Positions 1 to 9,035 of a stretch of 11,853 bases of DNA are shown here, one piece after another. The position numbers were made by a program, and so were the translations under genes. Source of the stretch: Paraspadella gotoi (taxonomy: Eukaryota; Animalia; Chaetognatha); assembly GCA_051294375.1 (NCBI GenBank), contig JBJCIZ010001176.1:1-11853 (forward strand). Direction: 5' to 3'. The notes under the pieces are model-generated. The model saw nothing but the letters and a program-made list of their open reading frames with translations. It was not told the origin of the DNA and did no database searches. Position 1 is the stretch's first letter. Every line of letters begins with the position of its first letter.

Positions 1-38
1 ATGGGATTGACCCCGAAGGTTCGTGGTTCAATCCTACA
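1..38 (-). repeat. 3' LTR, first 38 bp (U3 start); the remainder is outside the window
   Basis: 1-38 is near-identical to 9511-9548. The minus strand begins TGTAGG immediately after the PPT. Confidence 0.9.
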
Positions 39-3000
39 TCCCCCCCAGACGAGTTGACCGTTGGAGACGAGGAGAGAGAGACACGGTTGGGCTCATTTTG
101 TTCCGCCAGGATGACTCTGAGGACCGATGCATAGTCTGGGCGTGACGATGCGTTCACGTTCGGCCGGATGTTTCCTGGCGAGGCTGAAAGAGGGGCGTGG
201 CGGCCGGGCGTTGTGGAAGATGGATCCGCGATGGAGAGTGCTAAGGCCGCCTCTGATGATTCAAAGTCTTGTGCGGAATGAACGGTGGGCGTGGCCGGAA
301 GTGACGCGGCAACGATTTCGCCTTCGTTGTGAGCTTCATTCCTTTTTGCTCTTGCGCGTGTGACGATTGATGATGGGGGAAGAGTTCGGGTCCGGAGGCC
401 GGGGCGCCGACCTCGCGGTGGCGGCGTTGGCGGTGACGCTCCTTCTGGAGGGGCGTCGTCCTCGATGACGTCGTCCCACACGTTGGCTGGCTTGATTCTA
501 GAGATGGCAATTGTTTCGACTCCTCTTCCTGGTAATTCTACTCGGAAGTTTAGATTGTCGCGCCCAACAACCCTGAAAGGGCCTTCGTAGGGGGCAGTCA
601 ACGCCGGTTTGACCCCGCCTCGTCTGACAAAAACGTAAGAGGCAGTGACGAGGTTGTCCGGGAGATGGACGCTTGGCTGTCGATGACTGCTTGTGGGAGC
701 CGGCTGTAGTCGTTCGACTTCGAGGCGGAGGTTATCTCGAAGATGGCGCCNNNNNNNNNNTTCTTCTTGTGCGTCGACGGATGGGTTGAGGACGGCGCCG
801 GGAATCGTGAGGCCGTCGCCGTAGACTAGTTGCGCCGGAGATGCGCCGATGTCTGGTTTGACTGTCGTCCGAATTGCCAAGAGGGTGGAAGGGAGGCGCC
901 AGTACCATTTAGCCGNNNNNNNNNNGCCAAGAGCAATTAAAGACTCTTTTAGGCGTCGATGGAATCGTTCGACGAGTCCGTTTGCCTCCGGATGGTAAGC
1001 AGCCGTGTGATGGAGCCTGCAGTCCCAGGTCTTCGCGAGTTGCCTCCAAATTGAAGAAAGGAACTGCGATCCGCGATCGGTCGTGATGTCAGATGGAATG
1101 CCAAAAGCAGCAACCCATCCATGCGTGAAGGCATCGGCGACGGTTGTTGCCGATATATCTTTGATGGGGATGGCCACTGGCCACCTGGTAAAACGGTCGA
1201 CTGCTGTTAGCAGGTAGGAGTGACCGTTTGAGGCAGGCATGGAAACAAGGTCGACGTGGATGTGTTGGAATCGGCGTGGAGGGACTGCAAATTCACCGAT
1301 TTGTGGCACGACGTGGCGAGAGACTTTGGCTTGTTGGCAAGGAATGCAGTTTCGGGCCCAGCGGGTGACGTCCGTTCGCATGGAGGGCCAGACAAATTTT
1401 TCTGCAATTGTTTCGCGGGTTCGCGCAATCCCTGGATGGCCAAGGCCATGAATAGCGTCGAAAACTCGCCGGCGCCAAGTTTCGGGGACAAATGGCCGCG
1501 CAGGGCCGTTTGAAACGTCGACTATGATTTCCTGATCTCCAATGTTGACCCGTCGAAACCTCAGGCCGGTGCGTGAGTCCTCCATTAGCTTTCGGAAGTC
1601 TCGGTCAAGCGGCTGGTGACGAGCAAGGTCCTGCAAGTCGATGCCTTGTGGAGAGAGTGCCGCAGCGACTAGTGCGAGATCCTCTGACTTTGTGGCATCG
1701 ATGGGCTTTTCGATTGACGCTACAACGGGAGGGAGAGGTTGGTTTGGGCGGGACAAGGCATCAGCAACGACGTTGGCCTTGCCCTCGACATGACGAATGT
1801 CCGTCGTGAATTCCGATATGACGGACAACTGGAAGGTGTGTCGCGCAGTTTGAGGCTCACTCTTCTTATGGAGGGCGTGGATCAGGCTCATGTGATCTGT
1901 GTAGAGCGTGAATGTTCTCCCTTCGAGCCATGGCCGGAAATGACGACATGAGCGGAATGCGCCATATAGTTCTCGGTCGAAGGGCGGCCACTTCCTTTGG
2001 CTGTCGGAGAGTTTGGCCGAAAAGAAGGCGAGAGGTTCCCATCCTTTTTCTCCGCGCTGCTCCAGGACGGCGCCGATGGCGTGGTCGGAAGCGTCTGTCG
2101 TCAGAGCAAGTTGAGCGCCGGTTCGTGGGTGACGGAGAAGGACGGAGTTTGCGAGAGCCTCCTTGACGGCGTCGAAACCCCGCTGGCAGTCTGGCGTCCA
2201 CTCGAGGCGCTTGGGTTTGCCTTGGAGTGCGTCGTAGAGCGGCGTCGCGTGGTGAGCGATCTTGGGGATGGAACGCCGATAATAGTTTATCATCCCCAAG
2301 AAACGTTGCAGCTCCTTGACCGTCGTTGGCGGCGTCGTTTGGCGGAGGGCTTCAACTCGTTGAGGCAAGGGGCGGACGCCGTTCTCGTCAACAAAGTACC
2401 CGAGGAACTCCAATGCTGATTGACCGAGCAGACATTTTTTCCGGTTGACCACCAGTCCATTTTCCTCCAGTGCGCTGAAAACGGCCTTGAGATCCTCAAG
2501 GTGCTGCTCGGGCGTCTCACTGGCGATGAGAATGTCGTCGAGATAGACATAGACGCGCGGCAGCTCACCCAAGATTTCATCCATGAGGCGCTGAAAGTCT
2601 TGGCCTGCATTTTTTAGGCCAAATGGCGTCCGGAGGAAAACGTAAAGTCCAAAAGGCGTGATTACGGCGGTTTTTGGAACATCCTCTGGGGCCACGGGGA
2701 TTTGATGGTAGCCCTTTAGAAGGTCGACCTTCGAGAAGATGCGCTTGCCGGCCAGCTGGGNNNNNNNNNNNNNNNACAATTTGACTGGGTAGCGATCGTC
2801 AACCGTTTGCGAGTTTAAACGGCGGTAATCGCCACAAACTCTCCAGCCGCCGTCAGATTTTGGCACGCAATGCAGCGGAGAAGACCAAGGGCTTTTAGCG
2901 CGGACGGCGATGCCAAGGGCCACCATACGGTCGAGTTCGGCCTTGGCGACCGCCAGTTTCTCCGGGGACAATCGACGAGCTCTTGCTTGGCAGGGACGGC

Positions 3001-3559
3001 CCTGAGTTGGAATAAAGTGCCGGATTCCATGTTTCGGCTCTTTGACTTCAAAGGCTGGCTTTGAAAGTGCAGGAAAACTGTCCAGCAATTGGTAGAAGCG
3101 GTCGTCTTTTTGTCCGACAAAATTGATTGGAGAAGGGGGTTGGCCGACTGACTTGGCGCAGGCGATGGTGGAGTAGTCTTTGAGGTCTAGAAGAATTCCA
3201 TCGCGATGGTTCGGCGCCAGGAAAATTCGGCGAGAAAATCTGCGCCGAGAATGTTTTGAGTCACATCGGCAACGAGGACCTCAAAGGGAAAAATGCGGGG
3301 GCCGAGGGTGATTCGTTTTTTCGTGGTGCCATAACAGGCGATTGGGCTGCCATTGGCGGCCTGCAATTGCGGTCCTTGTGGTCCAGCGGCGCGTTGTTCT
3401 GGCGTAGGTGGTATAAGTGATAATAAAGCGCCGCCGTCCACAAGCCATGCTCGGCCGTCGCTGGCATCAACGACGTGAAGCAGAAAGGACTTTGTGGGCG
3501 AATCTCCAGTTTTGGCGGGGCACGGCGTTCACCGTCGCCGGCCCGCCAAGGCGTTTCCC
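1..3559 (-). CDS. pol: Pol polyprotein, copy 1 (protease ~3460-3150, RT ~2950-2390, RNase H ~2120-1750, integrase ~1460-480, C-terminal tail); broken by 1-bp indels and N runs that are probably sequencing errors
   Basis: Motifs read across frames: [13 protein letters not shown] (DGGA 3438-3427), [18 protein letters not shown] (YLDD 2545-2534), [62 protein letters not shown]. Manual translation from 499 to 1 shows no stop. Confidence 0.9.
39..48 (-). other. Polypurine tract (plus-strand primer)
   Basis: The minus strand reads CTGGGGGGGA directly before the TGT start of the 3' LTR. Confidence 0.85.
3512..3559 (-). promoter_or_regulatory. -1 ribosomal frameshift signal between gag and pol: slippery heptamer plus stem-loop
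   Basis: G GGA AAC (3559-3553) is in the gag frame (X XXY YYZ). Three nt later comes TTGGCGGG-C-CGGCG-acggtgaa-CGCCG-tGc-CCCGCCAA. The same signal is in copy 2 (heptamer 7835-7829). Confidence 0.8.
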
Positions 3560-4659
3560 GCCTTCGTCTCTTTCTCGTTGTTCTTGTCCTTCGCTTTGGC
3601 GCAACCTTTTTCGCATCGGAAGGCGGCGTCGCCGTATTTCAGATGGAACCTACAAATACGCATGAGTTTAGGAGCGCGAGCGTCACTCATTTCCGGTTGA
3701 CGCTGATTCCCGGCGTCGAACTTTGGATGGCCGCGCGGAATGAAGGGGCGGCGTTTTTCGCGTCGTCCTTGAACGGCGTTGACGCTGCAGGGTGGTTCCG
3801 AGTCGCTTTCGTCGTCGCTGAAATCGTGGGCGTCGATGGAGTTGATCACTGGCGCAGTGCCTGCATGCAATGGTTTGCCTTCTTCGTCAAAGTGATGGTC
3901 GGCGGCTTCCGCGAATTGAGCTGCGGTCATTTCGCTGGCACGGTTCACCAGATTAGCGCGTATTTCCGGGGGCAGACCTCGCATGATGACTTCCTTGCGG
4001 ACGTCGTCAATGGAGACGGTTGTCGTGCGGTCGACGAGCCTGGCCAAGTGTTGGGAGGGCTTCATGCCGTCCCGGTTTACGCGGCCGTCGAGAAGGTTTT
4101 CGACTTGGCGTCGTGTGGAGAGGCCGTACTCGGCGCGCAGATATGCGAGGAATGCGGCCCAATTGGCGTCTGAAGCCTCGCCGTAAAGGTAGGCGTTGAT
4201 CTTTGGATTAATGTCGACGGAGATTTTCGATTCGAGGAATGCAAATTTGTCCGCGGGAGAAATGATTTTGGCGCGGACGTAGGCCGCTTCCACGCGGCGA
4301 ATCCATATTTCGATATTATCTTTATCGAATGGTGGAAGCTCGGGCTTTTTGGGTCGGTCGCTGCGGGCCAACGCGTCTTGCGCGGCCTTGGTCGCCGCCA
4401 GTGCGGCGTCGAGGGCGGTGCGGAGTGCTTGCATCTCCACTTGAGTAGGAGGCGCCTCAGCCATTGTTGTTTGGGCGTCTGCGAAATGGTCGATGTCCGC
4501 GGGAGAAAAGGAGAATGTTGGACCGCCTGAGGGTGCCTCGACTTCTTCGTCGCAATAACGAGGTGAGGGAGTGAGGCCGCGTCGGCGAGAGGGTGGCGCC
4601 GCGAGATGATTGGCGCTGTTTTGTGACCGAGTAGTTGGGCCCTCGAGTTTTGGCGGCAT
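3529..4659 (-). CDS. gag: Gag protein, copy 1 (intact, 376 aa from the first ATG)
   Basis: Uninterrupted ORF. The track starts it at TTG 4749, while the first ATG (MPPKLEG) is at 4659. It has a capsid-type N-terminal motif KPELPPFDKDNIEIWIRRVEAAY and a C-terminal CRFHLKYGDAAFRCEKGC = C-X2-H-X9-C-X3-C (3654-3601). Confidence 0.92.
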   Translation of the reverse strand: MPPKLEGPTTRSQNSANHLAAPPSRRRGLTPSPRYCDEEVEAPSGGPTFSFSPADIDHFADAQTTMAEAPPTQVEMQALRTALDAALAATKAAQDALARSDRPKKPELPPFDKDNIEIWIRRVEAAYVRAKIISPADKFAFLESKISVDINPKINAYLYGEASDANWAAFLAYLRAEYGLSTRRQVENLLDGRVNRDGMKPSQHLARLVDRTTTVSIDDVRKEVIMRGLPPEIRANLVNRASEMTAAQFAEAADHHFDEEGKPLHAGTAPVINSIDAHDFSDDESDSEPPCSVNAVQGRREKRRPFIPRGHPKFDAGNQRQPEMSDARAPKLMRICRFHLKYGDAAFRCEKGCAKAKDKNNEKETKAGNALAGRRR

Positions 4660-4750
4660 CGACGAGCCGGTTGAGTGTCCCGAGATATTTGGGCTGAAGG
4701 TCAGAAGGTTGGATGACGCCTTCAGAGAGTTGAGAGGCGTCGATTTCAAA

Positions 4751-4764
4751 GTCGGGTTTCACCA
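4751..4764 (-). other. Primer binding site, copy 1 (tRNA-Trp type)
   Basis: TGGTGAAACCCGAC lies 1 nt after the LTR end ...CCGCCACA. It resembles the TGGTGACCCCGAC tRNA-Trp PBS of CsRN1-clade elements (recalled, not searched). Confidence 0.8.
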
Positions 4765-4765
4765 A

Positions 4766-4799
4766 TGTGGCGGTTAGACTAGGAGCGCCACGTGAGTCT
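4766..4799 (-). repeat. 34-bp fragment of the LTR U5 end at the tandem junction
   Basis: Identical to 9036-9069. At 4800 the sequence switches to the equivalent of position 375. Confidence 0.92.
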
Positions 4800-7700
4800 G
4801 GGGAAAGTTCGGGTCCGGAGGCCGGGGCGCCGACCTCGCGGTGGCGGCGTTGGCGGTGACGCTCCTTCTGGAGGGGCGTCGTCCTCGATGACGTCGTCCC
4901 ACACGTTGGCTGGCTTGATTCTAGAGATGGCAATTGTTTCCGACCCTCTTCCTGGTAATTCTACTCGGAAGTTTAGATTGTCGCGCCAACAACCCTGAAA
5001 GGGCCTTCGTAGGGGCAGTCAACGCCGGTTTGACCCGCCTCGTCTGACAAAAACGTAAGAGGCAGTGACGAGGTTGTCCGGGAGATGGACGCTTGGCTGT
5101 CGATGACTGCTTGTGGGAGCCGGCTGTAGTCGTTCGACTTCGAGGCGGAGGTTATCTCGAAGATGGCGCCGCGCATTGGCTTTTCTGTCGTGCGTGCGAG
5201 GGGGAAGTGGAGGCGCCAGTGACCATTTTAGCCGGCTCGTCGACGCCAGAGCAATTAAAGACTCTTTTAGGCGTCGATGGAATCGTTCGACGAGTCCGTT
5301 TGCCTCCGGATGGTAAGCAGCCGTGTGATGGAGCCTGCAGTCCCAGGTCTTCGCGAGTTGCCTCCAAATTGAAGAAAGGAACTGCGATCCGCGATCGTCG
5401 TGATGTCAGATGGAATGCCAAAAGCAGCAACCCATCCATGCGTGAAGGCATCGCGACGGTTGTTGCCGATATATCTTTTGAACGGTCGACTGCTGTTTAG
5501 CAGGTAGGAGTGACCGTTTGAGGCAGGCATGGAAACAAGGTCGACGTGGATGTGTTGGAATGGCGTGGACGTGCAAATTCACCGATTTGTGGCACGACGT
5601 GGCGAGAGACTTTGGCTTGTTGGCAAGGAATGCAGTTTCGGGCCCAGCGGGTGACGTCCGTTCGCATGGAGGGCCAGACAAATTTTTCTGCAATTGTTTC
5701 GCGGTTCGCGCAATCCCTGGATGGCCAAGGCATGAATAGCGTCGAAAACTCGCCGGCGCCAAGTTTCGGGGACAAATGGCCGCGCAGGGCCGTTTGAAAC
5801 GTCGACTATGATTTCCTGATCTCCAATGTTGACCGTCGAAACCTCAGGCCGGTGCGTGAGTCCTCCATTAGCTTTCGGAAGTCTCGGTCAAGCGGCTGGT
5901 GACGAGCAAGGTCTGCAAGTCGATGCCTTGTGGAGAGAGTGCCGCAGCGACTAGTGCGAGATCCTCTGACTTGTGGCATCGATGGGCTTTTCGAGACGCT
6001 ACAACGGGAGGGAGAGGTTGGGTTGGGCGGGACAAGGCATCAGCAACGACGTTGGCCTTGCCCTCGACATGACGAATGTCCGTCGTGAATTCCGATATGA
6101 CGGACAACTGGAAGGTGTGTCGCGCAGTTTTGAGGCTCACTCTTCTTATGGAGGGCGTGGATCAGGCTCATGTGATCTGTGTAGAGCTGTGAATGTTCTC
6201 CCTTCGAGCCATGGCCGGAAATGACGACATGAGCGGAATGCGCCATATAGTTCTCGGTCGAAGGGCGGCCACTTCCTTTGGCTGTCGGAGAGTTTGGCCG
6301 AAAAGAAGGCGAGAGGTTCCCATCCTTTTTCTCCGCGCTGCTCCAGGACGGCGCCGATGGCGTGGTCGGAAGCGTCTGTCGTCAGAGACAAGTTGAGCGC
6401 CGGTTCGTGGGTGACGGAGAAGGACGGAGTTTGCGAGAGCCTCCTTGACGGCGTCGAAACCCCGCTGGCAGTCTGGCGTCCACTCGAGGCGCTTGGGTTG
6501 CGCTTGGAGTGCGTCGTAGAGCGGCGTCGCGTGGTGAGCGATCTTGGGATGAAACGCCGATAATAGTTTATCATCCCCAAGAAACGTTGCAGCTCCTTGA
6601 CGTCGTTGGCGGCGTCGTTTGGCGGAGGGCTTCAACTCGTTGAGGCAAGGGGCGGACGCCGTTCTCGTCAACAAAGTACCCGAGGAACTCCAATGCTGAT
6701 TGACCGAGCAGACATTTTTTCCGGTTGACCACCAGTCCATTTTCCTCCAGTGCGCTGAAAAACGGCCTTGAGATCCTCAAGGTGCTGCTCGGGCGTCTCA
6801 CTGGCGATGAGAATGTCGTCGAGATAGACATAGACGCGCGGCAGCTCACCCAAGATTTCATCCATGAGGCGCTGAAAGTCTTGGCCTGCATTTTTTAGGC
6901 CAAATGGCGTCCGGAGGAAAACGTAAAGTCAAAAGGCGTGATTACGGCGGTTTTTGGAACATCCTTCGGGGCCACGGGGATTTGATGGTAGCCCTTTAGA
7001 AGGTCGACCTTCGAGAAGATGCGCTTGCCGGCCAGCTGGGCATTGAAGTCGGCCAACAATTTGACTGGGTAGCGATCGTCAACCGTTTGCGAGTTTAAAC
7101 GGCGGTAATCGCCACAAACTCTCCAGCCGCCGTCAGATTTTGGCACGCAATGCAGCGGAGAAGACCAAGGGCTTTTAGCGCGGACGGCGATGCCAAGGGC
7201 CACCATACGGTCGAGTTCGGCCTTGCGACCGCCAGTTTCTCCGGGGACAATCGACGAGCTCTTGCTTGGCAGGGACGGCCCTGAGTTGGAATAAAGTGCC
7301 GGATTCCATGTTTCGGCTTTTTGACTTCAAAGGCTGGCTTTGAAAGTGCAGGAAAACTGTCCAGCAATTGGTAGAAGCGGTCGTCTTTTTGTCCGACAAA
7401 ATTGATTTGAGAAGGGGGTTGGCCGACTGACTTGGCGCAGGCGATGGTGGAGTAGTCTTTGAGGTCTAGAAGAATTCCATCGCGATGGTTCGGCGCCAGG
7501 AAAAATTCGGCGAGAAAATCTGCGCCAAGAATGTTTTGAGTCACATCGGCAACGAGGACCTCAAAGGGAAAAATGCGGGGGCCGAGGGTGATTCGTTTTT
7601 TCGTGGTGCCATAACAGGCGATTGGGCTGCCATTGGCGGCCTGCAATTGCGGTCCTTGTGGTCCAGCGGCGCGTTGTTCTGGGTAGGTGGTATAAGTGAT

Positions 7701-7835
7701 AATAAAGCGCGCCGTCCACAAGCCATGCTCGGCCGTCGCTGGCATCAACGACGTGAAGCAGAAAGGACTTTGTGGGCGAATCTCAGTTTGGCGGGGCACG
7801 GCGTTCACCGTCGCCGGCCCGCCAAGGCGTTTCCC
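4800..7835 (-). pseudogene. pol: Pol, copy 2; frameshifted as sequenced, with two deletions in integrase and the C-terminal tail truncated at the junction
   Basis: Same motifs as copy 1 ([26 protein letters not shown] 6826-6815, TTDASD, GHPGI...CIPCQ), spread over many short ORFs. Confidence 0.8.
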
Positions 7836-8929
7836 GCCTTCGTCTCTTTCTCGTTGTTCTTGTCCTTCGCTTTGGCGCAACCTTTTTCGCATCGGAAGGC
7901 GGCGTCGCCCGTATTTCAGATGGAACCTAACAAATACGCATGAGTTTAGGAGCGCGAGCGTCACTCATTTCCGGTTGACGCTGATTCCCGGCGTCGAACT
8001 TTGGATGGCCGCGCGGAATGAAGGGGCGGCGTTTTTCGCGTCGTCCTTGAACGGCGTTGACGCTGCAGGGTGGTTCCGAGTCGCTTTCGTCGTCGCTGAA
8101 ATCGTGGGCGTCGATGGAGTTGATCACTGCGCAGTGCCTGCATGCAATGGTTTGCCTTCTTCGTCAAGTGATGGTCGGCGGCTTCCCGCGAATTGAGCTG
8201 CGGTCATTTCGCTGGCACGGTTCACCAGATTAGGCGCGTATTTCCGGGGGCAGACCTCGCATGATGACTTCCTTGCGGACGTCGTCAATGGAGACGGTTG
8301 TCGTGCGGTCGACGAGCCTGGCCAAGTGTTGGGAGGGCTTCATGCCGTCCCGGTTTACGCGGCCGTCGAGAAGGTTTTCGACTTGGCGTCGTGTGGAGAG
8401 GCCGTACTCGGCGCGCAGATATGCGAGGAATGCGGCCCAATTGGCGTCTGAAGCCTCGCCGTAAGGTAGGCGTTGATCTTTGGATTAATGTCGACGAGAT
8501 TTTCGATTTGAGGAATGCAAATTTGTCCCGGAGAAATGATTTTGGCGCGGACGTAGGCCGCTTCCACGCGGCGAATCCATATTTCGATATTATCTTTACG
8601 AATGGTGGAAGCTCGGCTTTTGGGTCGGTCGCTGCGGGCCAACGCGTCTTGCGCGGCCTTGGTCGCCGCCAGTGCGGCGTCGAGGGCGGTGCGGAGTGCT
8701 TGCATCTCCACTTGAGTAGGAGGCGCCTCAGCCATTGTTGTTTGGGCGTCTGCGAAATGGTCGATGTCCGCGGGAGAAAAGGAGAATGTTGGACCGCCTG
8801 AGGGTGCCTCGACTTCTTCGTCGCAATAACGAGGTGAGGAGTGAGGCCGCGTCGGCGAGAGGGTGGCGCCGCGAGATGATTGGCGCTGTTTTGTGACCGA
8901 GTAGTTTGGGCCTCGAGTTTTGGCGGCAT
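7805..8929 (-). pseudogene. gag: Gag, copy 2; frameshifted as sequenced
   Basis: Near-identical to 3529-4659 with multiple 1-bp indels. ATG at 8929 and TGA at 7807-7805. Confidence 0.8.
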
Positions 8930-9020
8930 CGACGAGCCGGTTGAGTGTCCCGAGATATTTGGGCTGAAGGTCAGAAGGTTGGATGACGCCTTCAGAGAGT
9001 TGAGAGGCGTCGATTTCAAA

Positions 9021-9034
9021 GTCGGGTTTCACCA
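9021..9034 (-). other. Primer binding site, copy 2 (tRNA-Trp type)
   Basis: TGGTGAAACCCGAC, 1 nt downstream of the full 5' LTR. Confidence 0.82.
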
Positions 9035-9035
9035 A

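Noticed and set aside
49-480. env gene or chromodomain downstream of integrase
   Set aside because: There is no room for a separate ORF. The region is an in-frame low-complexity integrase tail without signal peptide, transmembrane segment or chromodomain aromatic pattern.
4457-4933. 158-aa ORF spanning the tandem junction
   Set aside because: It is out of frame with both integrase and gag as sequenced, and its continuity depends on indels right at a possibly artefactual junction.
127-8801. Numerous + strand ORFs (e.g. 3475-4173 232 aa, 1997-2419, 7696-8196, 8298-8801)
   Set aside because: They are antisense shadows of GC-rich gag/pol with no recognisable motifs, and their boundaries are mostly not preserved between the two units.
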